From Octopus vulgaris (Eukaryota): 64,000 nucleotides of DNA. The DNA lies in assembly GCA_951406725.2 (NCBI GenBank), contig OX597815.1, forward strand, positions 149,358,001-149,422,000, written 5' to 3'. The first letter of the stretch is position 1. Every line of letters starts with the position of its first letter. The notes under the pieces are model-generated. The model did not search any database, was not told the origin of the DNA, and saw nothing but the letters and a program-made list of their open reading frames with translations. Below are positions 26,081 to 38,321 of this stretch, in pieces. A program made the translations under genes and the position numbers.

Positions 26081-26345
26081 GCGCTATATCGTGAATTTAC
26101 AGACTACTTTCCTCCACGGACTAAGCACAACTCCAGCCTCCTATCGACTGCTTCTACACCTCCCGCAACAAGTAACTTAATTTCTTTTCTCATTTTTCAT
26201 TTTTACTTGTAATTGCGTCTTTTATATTGCATTAACTTCCTTATCTCCTTTCACCCTTAATTTTTATATTTTATTGCTTTTATATTTTTCTTTTATTATT
26301 GCTTTTATGAATTGTTGTTTTTATATATTAGTGTTTTTATTTTTA

Positions 26346-27074
26346 TATACACGCACACATACACACACATACATATCCACGAACGCACATATACCTCCCC
26401 CACACACCACACACATACAACACACATACATGCACATATACACACACATACTTCCACACACATACACACACGCATACATACACCCACACTCACATACATC
26501 CACGCGCGTACATATATATGCGCGTACACACACACGTGCACAATCGTACACACACAAGAATGCACATATACCTATCCCAAACAATCCCACGCAATCACAG
26601 ACACATCAACGTACACACAACCACATACACATATACACAAGCACACGCGCATACACGCAAAAAAATGCACACATAACCCGACACACATCTCCACGTTCAC
26701 ACACATGCACACATGCACACACGTACATATACGAACACGCACATACATACGCACGCACACGTACATACGCACACAAACACACTAGCACAGGTTCGCATAT
26801 ATACCTCCAACACCCAATACACATACACTCACACGCACACACGTGTATATAAACACGCACATACATACATACATACATACACACGTACACACAAATGAAC
26901 CCACGCATACTACCCTTACACACAGAGCACACACTCATACATACACGCACACGATAATTACATACATGTACACTCACATACAAGCACACACGCACGCATT
27001 CAGAAAGTAAAGTACAGTTACTCCCACACATACAACCCCTACGTATAGACACATACACACACACACTCGCACAT

Positions 27075-27145
<71 letters not shown>

Positions 27146-27400
27146 CACACAGCAAACAAAACACACACACTACATATATATACACGAACACACATACTTT
27201 AGACTACCAGTTCCTTGCACTAACCATTCTCCTGCGCACATGTGTAGGTAGACACACAACAGGAGCGACTCCTATTATAAATACTTCTTATGACCTTAAA
27301 CGATACTAAGGCCAACCACATACATAGAGAAACATCCACAACCACACACACACACAGACCTGCGCACACTACATACCCAGACATACACACACATACCTCC
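26346..27400. repeat. Long degenerate AC-rich low-complexity tract
   Basis: About 1 kb of imperfect (CA)/(CATA)/(CACG); source of the HTHT/CVCV ORFs. Confidence 0.9.
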
Positions 27401-27532
27401 TTCTCTTGCACTCTCCTGTCTTTGAAAGAAATTTTCTTCACCCATTCCCTTCCGGTCATTTCAATATGTGACCGCGTGGGTATCGATGGCGATTTTCTTT
27501 CTCCTTCGTCCCTTCCTTGGACCTTTCTGTTG

Positions 27533-27559
27533 CTGGCGAAGAGCTCCGCTCGAAACGTT
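27533..27559 (+). ncRNA. Degenerate minimal hammerhead motif (PLE-type)
   Basis: CTGgCGA-A-GAGC-TCC-GCTC-GAAAC-GT-T. One core mismatch, perfect stem II, palindromic stem III, poor stem I. Confidence 0.5.
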
Positions 27560-27653
27560 GAATCTTCCTTCTTTCTTTCCTTAGTGTCCAATAACACTAT
27601 ACTTGTTCCACGTTCTCGCAATGTTGCTTTCTCTTTGGTCATGTTTGGATTAA

Positions 27654-27721
<68 letters not shown>

Positions 27722-27745
27722 TATATTATATATATTGCTATTATG

Positions 27746-27801
<56 letters not shown>

Positions 27802-27803
<2 letters not shown>

Positions 27804-28219
27804 GAAAGTATGCTACAAAAAGAAAATAGAAACTACACGTGGTAATGTAAGGGGAAAGTAAGAAAAATAAACGAAAATGCACATTGTAAATCAATTCAAG
27901 TAAAGTTTTTTTTAATGAAAAGTAACGAGAAATATATAAGATTAGATGAACTGAGGTAGGAATAAAAGTAATAAATGTCATTGTGAATTGCTAAAGACAT
28001 TCAAAAGCATACCGGTTATGCTTTTGAATCTAACAATTCACAATAATGATTTTTATTACTTTTGTTCCTACCTCAGTTCATCTAATTTTATATATTTTTC
28101 GTTACTTTTCATAAAAAGCCTTTACTCTTTTTGATTTCCAATGTGCATTTTCGTTTATATTTCCTACTTCCCCCTTACATTACCACGTATAGTTTCCATT
28201 TTCTTTTTGTAACATACTC

Positions 28220-28221
<2 letters not shown>
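27802..28221. repeat. About 420-bp fold-back palindrome (MITE-like) inside (TA)n
   Basis: Arms of about 200 bp are reverse complements (e.g. ATTAGATGAACTGAGGTAGGAA / TTCCTACCTCAGTTCATCTAAT). Apex AAAAGCATA-CCGGT-TATGCTTTT near 28012. Confidence 0.92.
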
Positions 28222-28256
<35 letters not shown>

Positions 28257-28312
<56 letters not shown>

Positions 28313-28700
28313 ATATGTATGTATGCACTTGTATGTGTCTTTGTAACTGTTTGTACCCCACCATGTGGCAACCGATGAATGTGAGTTTACTTACAGGTAA
28401 CTTAACGGTTTTGCAAAAGAGGCGGATGGAATAAATACCAAGTTTAAAAAAATAAAAGTTAGGATCCATTCGTTCAACAAAACCTCTTCAAGGTGGTTCC
28501 CTCTGCATACCCACATTCGAATGACTAAAATAAATGAGGAACAATATTAGGCATGTTAAGAAACGTGCCTCCCAACCACATGGCCCCGGTTAGGGTCCTA
28601 TTGCGTGGCACCTTTGGCAAGTGAATTCTACTATAGCCCCGGAACGATTGAGGACTTGTGAGTGGATTTGGTACATATAAAAACAAGCCAGCCGACACTA
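28257..28700 (+). mobile_element. Decayed SINE family B fragments (3' half then 5' half)
   Basis: GGCAACCGATG and CTTAACGGTTTTGCAAAAGAG, then CCCAACCACATGG...GTGGCACCTTTGGCAAGTG...GTGAGTGGATTTGGTA. Confidence 0.75.
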
Positions 28701-28717
28701 AATATCACTGGTGAGTC

Positions 28718-28794
<77 letters not shown>

Positions 28795-28809
28795 CATATA
28801 TATATATAT

Positions 28810-29168
28810 AGGCGCAGGAGTGGCTGTGTGGTAAGTAGCTTGCTAACCAACCACACGGTTGCGGGTTCAGTCCCACTGCGTGGCATCTTGGGCAAGTGTC
28901 TTCTGCTATAGCCCCGGGCCGACCAATGCCTTGTGAGTGGATTTGGTAGACGGAAACTGAAAGAAGCCTGTCGTATATATGTATATATATATGTATGCGT
29001 GTGTTTGTGTGTCTGTGTTTGTCCCCCTAGCATTGCTTGACAACCGATGCTGGTGTATTTAGGTCCCCGTCACTTAGCGGTTCGGCAAAAAGAGACCGAT
29101 AGAATAAGTACTAAAAGGTGGTGCTCCAGCATGGCCTCAGTCAAATGACTGAAACAAGTAAAAGAGTA
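28810..29168 (+). mobile_element. SINE family B, full length (CORE-like, internal microsatellite)
   Basis: GGCGCAGGAGTGGCTGTGTGGTAAG head, GGTTCAGTCCC box B, CORE-like CTTGGGCAAGT, internal TA/TG tract, tail CAGTCAAATGACTGAAACAAGTAAAAGAG. Confidence 0.92.
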
Positions 29169-29194
29169 ATATATATATATATATATATACACAA

Positions 29195-29877
29195 CACTTT
29201 TTGTAATCGCTGCCACGGGAGACAGGCTCCTCTCAACGACAAGCGAGATGTAGTCATATCAGCGGTGATTTCAAATTCATCATTGAATTCATCAAACGGC
29301 AACAAATCCTTACATGTCTGAAGAACTCCTTTACCTGCAGTACCGGTTTCTTCTCATTTCATTGCCTACTGTTTTGGCGCTTGACATTTTTATAAATAAC
29401 CCAGGTGTCGATGTATGAGTTAATGACCAAATCTAAGCTTCCCTACTAGTTCACCAACAGTTACGATGAGATTTTGTTCTACCAGATTTTGCAGGACGGT
29501 CTCGTCGAGCTCTACAGGGCTTCCAGGTCGAAGCTCGTCGTCTATACTGTAGTTTCCGGTTCCAAAGTTCTGGAATCACCGTTGACATTGGCTTATGTTT
29601 ATTGTCCTATCCGCATATACTGCATTAATATTCATCGCACTTTACGTTGCGTTGTTGCCTTTATTGAACCCATACAGCAAAATACACCGCATATTCTCCT
29701 TTGCCACTTCCACTATAATTTTTTTTTAAAAACTGTTAAATTCGCACTGCATTTTTCAAAACTTGCACTAAGAATATACACATGGTAAAATTTCTACCTG
29801 GTTTTATAGTCTGTTGATGCTCCGACTTTTACTTCATGCCATTAAAAAAACCGAATTATTTATGGTATCACCCATTA
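29195..29877 (-). mobile_element. Decayed, internally deleted mariner transposon
   Basis: Minus strand EVAKENMRCILLYGFNKGNNAT*SAMNINAVY...CQR*FQNFGTGNYSIDDELRPGSPVELD...IHRHLG, then YKNVKR...KPV. TIR-like TAATGGGTGATACCATAAATAAT at 29855-29877. Confidence 0.88.
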
Positions 29878-30309
29878 CATATGTGTGTGTTTGTATGTGG
29901 GTGTGTGCGCGCGCGTATTATGTCCCACATACGTACATATATACACTCTGGTGCGCACGTTTGTGTGAGTAACGTGTATCGATTCAGGAAATGTAAGTTT
30001 TCTTAGACTATATAGAAAAAAGAAACTGTAATGAAAGTTATGCAAATCGAAATTTCTTCTGTCAAATAGTTTATTTTCATTGTTCAAACTTCAATTCAAT
30101 TTTTAACAACAAGGAAACATTTCAAATGTTCTATATACTAATTCAGTGTTGACTGAGGTCGCGTTTGTATCTTAATACTTTTAGCCACATCAGATATTTA
30201 TAAAGAAAAGGAAGAAAGAAATTTCAAAATGGACTCGAAGCTAACAGTATTAGCCGCAGCAGTGTAGAGAAATCGTAAGAAAGGGAAAGAAAGAATGAAG
30301 AATTATTTA

Positions 30310-30489
30310 TATTTCTTTATTACCCACAAGGGACTAACCATAGAGGGGATAAACAAGGGCAGACAAAGGGATTAAGTCTATTATATCGACCCCAGTGCGT
30401 AACTTATCGGCCCTGAAAGGATGAAAGGAAAAGTCGACCTCAGCGGAATTTGAACTCGGAACGTAGCGGCAGATGAAATATCGCTAAAG
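30310..30489 (-). mobile_element. SINE family A (tail A)
   Basis: Family core and tail on the minus strand. Confidence 0.88.
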
Positions 30490-31099
30490 GAGTGTAAAGA
30501 AATACACAAGCGGCACCGAGAACAAGAAGGGGGGGGGGATAGAAAGCAAGAAAGAATTTAGGGAGAGAAATATGAAGTTGTCACAATGAGAGAGTAAGAA
30601 ATCTATATAGGGGCAATAATAATAGGATTATAGGTGGTTCAAAATCAAGTTGAAAATTTAGGCGTGATTTTGAAATGATTAACGAAAAGGGAAATTAATC
30701 ATGGAACACCACTCGTCAGTCTTGTAGACTAGAATCCATTTATTCCGAGTGTGTGGCCATTGCTCACTACATAACTCAACTTCTGCTGCTTCACCCCACA
30801 GTAGTTTTTTTTTCCTTTTTTTAACTTTCTGTTATATATTTCCTAGTATTTAAGTGCTATGATTTAAAATTTAATATGTTGTATTACTAAGTGTAGAAAT
30901 GAAGCACTTTTATGAGAATCAGCATAGATTGGAAGCGTGTGAAAACTAAAGGGATCCATTTCCATGGCACATGTATTAGTGCCTGTGATTGTTAATATTT
31001 CTCAGATTATAAACCTTAGAAGGGTAAAGAATTAGAAGATAGAGGACAAGAGACATGTGCGACGAAAAACTACGTAAATACATATAACAAAATAATAAT

Positions 31100-31425
31100 T
31101 ATATGAGTGAATGTACGTGTGTAAATGTATGTGTGTATGAGTGTAAATAACCACCTACAAGCATACACAAACACACACACACACATGTAAATGCATACAT
31201 ATCTGCGTGTGTTTATGCATATAAACATAAACATACATATGTAAATGTGTGTATATAAATATACAAACACACACATGCACACATACCCCCACACATATAA
31301 ATAGATGGATGGATAAGAGCATATATATATATATATATATACATACATACACGTATATCTATCTGTATGTATGTATGTATGTATGTATGTATGTATGTAT
31401 GTATGTATGTATGCTTACCTGTATG
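31100..31425. repeat. CA/TA/TATG microsatellite block
   Basis: Directly visible. Confidence 0.9.
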
Positions 31426-32937
31426 TAATTGAGTATATGGAAACTTGTGTGAAAGATTCAATCTTCAACTCTTTTTATCCTTCGAATATATTGTCAAGAA
31501 TAAATATTTAATCTACTTCTGCAGACTAATACACCTTCTTCATGCCTAACCATGATCCATGCTTTTATTCAAAAAAAAATCTTTTCGAGTTGTTTTCATG
31601 GCAAAGACTTTAAAATATATGCCTTGATATTCAACCCAGCAGCTCGCAGAATTTTATCCGCCCGCTTTTTTTTTTCAATTGAGAATGCTTGTAGATAATG
31701 CCGTGTACATATTTTATCGTGACTTATTTGGCACTAATCTTATTTTATGTTTACAATTATTGTAGAATTTTAAATGAAAGTAAGTCTAGTATTGTTGTGA
31801 ATGGTAAAGGATTGACTATTTTATGGACAATGCGGTATGGAAAGTTAAGCGTGACTAGGCAATGCATCCTAAAGACAACAATATAATATCAAATAAGATA
31901 AACTCACGAATATTTGAAAGCAAATTCATTGAAAACACTTTCCCAAAAACTAGAAAATACATTGATTTCTCGAAGAATTAACATTATTAATGTAAAGTCT
32001 TGCAGTTATAAGATTATCGTCTAAAAGCAAAACATGACCTCGTTTCGTTATAAAATGAAGCTATTTCAAACACATTTTAATATCGATTGCGAATTTTTTT
32101 TTTTTTTTTTTTACATTACCGTGTCAGAAAAAGTTCAGTATTGACCACGGGAATTCTCAGTGTCTCTGAAACAGGAGAAATGAAAGCAGAATCTTATTTT
32201 CAGATCAGATTACTTCCCAGAGGGCTCACGGCAAGGTGTACGCCTTTCAAGGCGCCCAAGGGCCTTATTGTTATATAAAGCAGACTACAACTTCAGGTCA
32301 CAGAGACAGGTTTCTATTAGTTTCCGTCTGCGGAATCTAGTTGAGAAGATATTGAATTATTCAAGTTAACGAATTCACATACAAGACGTATTGATATCTG
32401 CTGAATAACTGTGATGGAAAGGATTTATAAACCGAATAAATGTATTCTAAATAACACGCAAGGTAAACGAGATATGAAATTATCAATGATTGTAGCCTCC
32501 AACAAAATATACACGACAATATGTGTGTGTGAGAGCGTGTGTGTGCATAGAGAGAGAGTGAGAGACAGAGAGTGAAACAGAGAAAGAGAGAAAGAGACGA
32601 CACACACACAAACACACACATATTTGTCTATCGAGCATATGAACTGATTCACGAGCGAATTTTCCCTGGCTCTCTTCTTTTTTTTACCTTTCTTCTACTT
32701 CTCGCACGAGTCTCCCGTATTTTTTCCTATTTTCTACTTTTCACTGTTTTTCTTTTATATATCCATAATGCATTTATATAGCTATTATTGAGTAGGATAA
32801 TTCATACGATACAATATCGGGCTTCCCTTATATTCAAAGCTACATTCAAATTCTAAAATCATCCCTTAACGTTTTGATGATTGAAGCATTTAAATGATTA
32901 CAATGAATTCCTCTCAAAGTAGACGCTCTATATATCT

Positions 32938-33150
32938 CTTCTACTCTAGGAACAAGGACCGAATTTGGTGGGGAGGGGACACTCGATTTCATCGACCCCG
33001 GTACGCGACTGGTATTTAATTTAAAGAAACCAAAAGGATGAAAGGCAAAGTCGACCTCGGCTGAATTTGAGCTCAGAACAAGGAGACAGATGAAATACCG
33101 CTAAGCATTTGGCCCAGCGGGCTAAAGTTTCTGCCAGCTCGCCGCCTTAA
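32938..33150 (-). mobile_element. SINE family A (tail B)
   Basis: Full head to tail. Flanked by ACGCTCTATATATC on both sides, a likely TSD. Confidence 0.92.
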
Positions 33151-33242
33151 ACGCTCTATATATCGTATAATGATAAAGAATTGAGTAGGGAGACTGTGGA
33201 AGATTTCAACTCCCAATACATCATATTTTAAGGTATATTATC

Positions 33243-33517
33243 TACATTATTTATATTATTTATATTTGACAGATATTTGTCCTCATCTTGTTGGTTGTAA
33301 ACACAACATTTCGGCTGATATACCCACCAACCTTCATTAGGTGTCTTGGGAAATTTTGAACCTTGCTTCTCATTCCTAAGGTATTTTTCCAAAAGTGCGA
33401 AAAATACCTTAGGGCATGTGGCGTAGAGGTTAAGACCACGGGCTACTAACACCAAGATTACGAGTTTGATTCCAGGCAGTGATCTGAAAAAAATACTCCT
33501 ACTACTACTACTACTAC

Positions 33518-33553
<36 letters not shown>

Positions 33554-33585
33554 CAACATCGAAACAACCTTATGAATGAGAACCA
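33243..33585 (+). mobile_element. Composite tRNA-head + hammerhead-arm element, copy 2
   Basis: Inverted HHR arm 33243-33390 (minus: GACAC-CTAATGA-AGGTTG..CAGCC-GAAAT-GTT-GTGTT). Then tRNA-like head 33413-33486 (TGGCGTAGAGG..GGGCTACTAAC..GAGTTTGATTCCAGGCAGTGA), (TAC)n(TAA)n, and the start of the sense arm truncated at about 33585. Confidence 0.85.
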
Positions 33586-33606
33586 CACACACACATACAT
33601 ACATTC

Positions 33607-33639
<33 letters not shown>

Positions 33640-33642
33640 AGC

Positions 33643-33783
33643 ATGTGTATGTGGCTGAAGTAAATCTGAACATTTTCGTTCAGGCAATAAAAGTTTAATC
33701 AAAACATTATGTATGTGTATATCTATTTATCTAACTATCTATCTAGCTAGCTAGCTATTTATCTATCTATCTGTATGTCTATA

Positions 33784-33826
<43 letters not shown>

Positions 33827-33950
33827 GGATATATGTGTGTGAGTGTTTCATATACATATAGCTACAGAATGTTCTTCAAATTAAACTTTTATTGCCTGAT
33901 AAATAATATTCAGATTTAGTCCAGCTTAATCTATAAAGTCACATACACAT
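33643..33950. repeat. Inverted duplication enclosing a (TATC)n microsatellite
   Basis: TAAATCTGAA..TCAGGCAATAAAAGTTTAAT (to 33699) mirrors ATTAAACTTTTATTGCCTGA..TTCAGATTTA (from 33880). Confidence 0.8.
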
Positions 33951-34588
33951 TTGCAACAACCCTGAAATACGTCTGGTTGGGTGGTCTTTTGCATGAATAG
34001 CTAACCATATGTGTGTGTGGGGGTGAGTATATGTGTGTGAGTTTGTATGTGTGAAGATGTCGTGATCGTGCGTCTAAAATTTACATGCCAAAAATTTTAA
34101 TATAGGGAATGAATAAATGTAAATTTAAACAAAAAACTTACTTATTCTTCATTGTCTTCACTGAAATTCCCATTTAGCTACCGGATTTATTCAATTTGGA
34201 GTCTAGACGAAATTACAGTTTCATTGATGCAATCACGCTTTAGATCTGACACGGAATTCATAAATGTATTTTAGCTTTATTTCATTTGTGTTGTGACACT
34301 TGTTTCATTTAATTAATTACTTACGAGGAAATAGCATATACATTTCGTTGACTACTCTAATTGTTAATGATAGATGTATTGTATAAGGCCTCTAAAATGT
34401 AAGTATTATTCCTTGATATACAGATATCACGATTCTGCTGCAATCATTATTTGAAGCTCTATGCGACTAATTAATTTAAATTTACAGGAACAAAACTAGT
34501 CTTCATTGATTTTCCATGAAATATATATATATATATGTCATTAATGTACTACTATATCGACTATGAACTTAAAACATATGTTATTTAA

Positions 34589-34659
<71 letters not shown>

Positions 34660-34931
34660 CTACTATATCGACTATGAATTTAAAACATGTTATTTACATG
34701 GCTTGGATTCTAGTGATTATATGTACATATAATATGTACACTAACGGTTGATTTGATTCGAAAATGCACCAACAATAAGACCTAACAATCACACGATCTA
34801 GTAATCGCAATTCCTGTACGAACCCTGCTCTTGTACACTAATAAATTGTAAGGGACGCCTCAATAAATCTGTTTTTGTCATTAGGTATTTATTTATCTTT
34901 GGCATTTGCATCTGTTGCAATGCAGTGATTA

Positions 34932-35104
34932 TACAGCTCTGTATTTAAGAGATGACGAATTATGTACATTATTTACGTTTGATGGATATTTGTTCTCATC
35001 TTGTTTATTGGTAACACAACGTTTCGGCTTATATACCCTCCACTCTTCATCAAGTGTCTTGGGGAAATTTCGAACCTGGGCTCTCATTCCTAAGGTATTG
35101 TGGA

Positions 35105-35183
<79 letters not shown>

Positions 35184-35236
35184 ATTATTATTATTATTAT
35201 TATTATTACTATTATCATTATTCAGGTCACTGCCTG

Positions 35237-35240
<4 letters not shown>
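34932..35240 (-). mobile_element. Composite tRNA-head + hammerhead-arm element, copy 3 (5'-truncated)
   Basis: Minus strand: ATTCCAGGCAGTGACCTGAA (3' end of head), (AAT)n at 35105-35222, then a full arm with GACAC-TTGATGA-..-GCC-GAAAC-GTT-GTGTT ending CTCTTAAATACAGAGCTGTA. Confidence 0.85.
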
Positions 35241-35275
<35 letters not shown>

Positions 35276-37124
35276 CTATAATAACATATTGTAGAGTTTG
35301 GTGCCCTGGTATCACGCCCGTACAATATATATAAGTTGTTCTGTCCAAGAAGTTTATTTTGATTCTGTCTGAAGAATATTTTATATGACTTTTTACAAAA
35401 GTATTTTATGGACTTTTCTTATTTGCATGTGTGCACCTTCTCTAAAATATTTACTTTCAAACATTTCAATGCTACAGACACGCGAAAATTAATTTATTCA
35501 CTTCCTAGCGTATAGCGACACCGCTTTCTAATTTCACGACTGTACGTTATCAGCGTCAATTCGGTCTAGAGACATTGTCGTATCACGGCTGTCTAGTAAG
35601 CATTATACTGGGACTCATTACATATACAGGATGGCCAGAGTTCAATTCCTTTCTCTCTCATGTGAAGTGTATATTCATTTCTCTATATAATATTCTTAGT
35701 TTCGTTATGGCGGTGGATCGGTAGAATGTCGGGAAAATTGCCTTGCAACATTTGTGTGTGTTCTTTACATTCTTACTTCAAATTTCAACAAGATTTCCGT
35801 CTTTCCGTTATCGATTTAATCCGTGTCTGATTTAATCGGCTGATACTTCCACTCTAAAATTGTGTTGTTTTGCCTTAATCAAAAATCTGTATGGTTTCAT
35901 TTGCATTTAAGCAGCTTCTATGATTACTTTTGCCTCAACTATCCTGGGCTCGCGTGTTTCCCACTTCTGAATCCCCCTTCCACCTCCTCTATTCACATGA
36001 GTAGCATGCATCGCACCAGTCTTTCCATAGTAAGGTAGTAGCATTTTTGAATTTTCTCCCTCCTTATATCTTTACAGCAAGTGTTGAAGTTTCTAGTGGA
36101 ACATTAATGACATTAATCCCACAAGTCTAGACATTCCTACTCCATCAGATAAAGCAAGTAAAATATTTGTGTTTGTGTTTGCGCAGGTATGAGAGTAGAA
36201 GCGTCATTTAAAGAATAGTTTTACCTGTGTATCCTCGTTTTTATGTTAGGACTCCACTGAGGGACAATTGAATACTTCAAGAACAAAGTTTGCGTTCGAA
36301 CTGGATTTGATAAGTCAGTCTGTGTGCACTTTAAAAGATCGCATTTCTTGTTGCACTTATCTTAACATGCTTGGGTTGTCAAATATGCATTTAACTGGAA
36401 AACAGTTAACTCATGTTCAGAAAATTTGAAGTGTTGCAGTAACGGCTAGTCAATTACTTATAATACTTGAATGGTAATTCAATTTTGCGAACCCGAAAGG
36501 ATGTAAGCAAAATTGCCCCACATAGAGATTTGTACTTACACAACGAGTGAAGTACCCCCAAACCATTGTCTTTCATGCTCTAATGATTCTGTAATTCAAC
36601 ACCCTCCGTGGACATTAAACAAAATCTTCAACATTGAAATACATTATTCAGACTCATTGATATATTTTTTTTATATCCCCTTAAGAAATGTATTTGCTTG
36701 ACGCTCAGTGAATGGAAAGTATTTGACGTTTAGAGCATAGCTTTTCGTCGGAAAGAAGACAGGGACCAGCCCCCAAAGTTAGAGAAGAAATCGCCAACGT
36801 CACACGTGTAGCTACGACACACGTGTAGCTGTGTATATGTGTAAATATATGAGTTGGTGTATGTGTATGCGTACATATTTGAGAGTGAGTGTTGGTACTA
36901 TTGTGAAAGATGTGTAGATGTGATTGCATCAGTTTTACATCAGTTTTAAAATGTCGAGCAATCTTCAACCACATACAGATTTTTTAAATTAAACGGACAA
37001 TGCACATTCTTATACTTATTTCATTTGCCAACATTACAAAGAGGGTAGATATATGACAGAGAGGTTAACTTCATCATTAAGAACATGGTGGTAGTATATC
37101 CTTCTCCGTCTGTAGATTTTGTCC

Positions 37125-37141
37125 ATATATATCCATATATG

Positions 37142-37187
<46 letters not shown>

Positions 37188-37195
37188 TGTATGCA

Positions 37196-37226
<31 letters not shown>

Positions 37227-37420
37227 TTGTATGTTTGTGTTTGTCCCCCAACCATTGCTTGGCAACCGATGGTGGCGTGTCTACGTTCGTGTAACAACTT
37301 AGCTGTTCGGCAAACAGACCGATAGTACTAGGCTTACAAAGAATAAGGCTTGGAGAGGATATATTCGACTAAAGGCTCTGCTCCAGCATGATCGCAGTCA
37401 GATGACTGAAACAAATAAAA
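37125..37420 (+). mobile_element. SINE family B 3' half with microsatellite
   Basis: GTTTGTCCCCC..GGCAACCGATGGTGG..CTCCAGCATGATCGCAGTCAGATGACTGAAACAAAT. Confidence 0.85.
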
Positions 37421-38088
37421 AAATTAAAGAAGTCTGTTTAGCTCAAGGGATAAAAGCCGTGGAAATACAGACCTTATTACCTACGTACATCCATCTGTAA
37501 CCTTGGCCGACTTTTGTCAGGTCTTTATGTATATTAGTATAAATTATTGAAGAGATTAAAGCATTGCTTAGTCCCACGAGTCTAACAAAATAAAACAACA
37601 TCTGATTTATAGTTGATATCATGAGATTCCCTCCACACTATTCTAATATTAGGAGGCTTTCGTGTGATGAACACTTTTCAATTTATTATATTTATATATG
37701 TATCAGATGCAAATCACTGCAACTTAGAAAGCTCTGCAGATTTATAACAAAATCGAAGTCTGAGTTATTGATGATAGAATTATAGTAATCCATATGTTCT
37801 AATTATATTTATGGCACTAATTACTCTGACAATATTGTGTTTGTTACATTGCAAATAATTCCAAGAAACCTGGAGCCATCTTGCCCTCTTGATAATTCTA
37901 TAAGAAATGTTTAATTACTTTAGAGATTCTTTTCTCCTAAATGTCAGGTTATATTTACATTGAATATTGACAGAAACTTTACACTTCTCGCTCTAAGTTT
38001 TCTAGGTTAGCATAGTCGTGAACTAAATGCAGTAGTTTAATTACTGTTATTATGGAATGGCAGTCGAATATTGGTAAGATATACACGC

Positions 38089-38321
38089 CAGGCGAGCTGG
38101 CAAAAACGTTAGCACGCCAGGCGAAATGCTCAGCGGTATTTCGTCTGCCGTTACGTTCTGAGTTCAAATTCCGCCAAAGTCGACTTTACCTTTCATCCTT
38201 TCGGTTTCGATTTTATAAGTACCAGTTATGCAGTGGAGTCGATGTAATCGACTTAATCTCTTTGTCTGCCCTTCGTTGTCCCCTCTATGTTTAGCCCCCT
38301 GTGGGCAGTGAAGAAATTAAG
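38089..38321 (+). mobile_element. SINE family A (tail A)
   Basis: Full head, core and tail. AAGA(T/C)ATACAC flanks both sides as a possible TSD. Confidence 0.92.
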
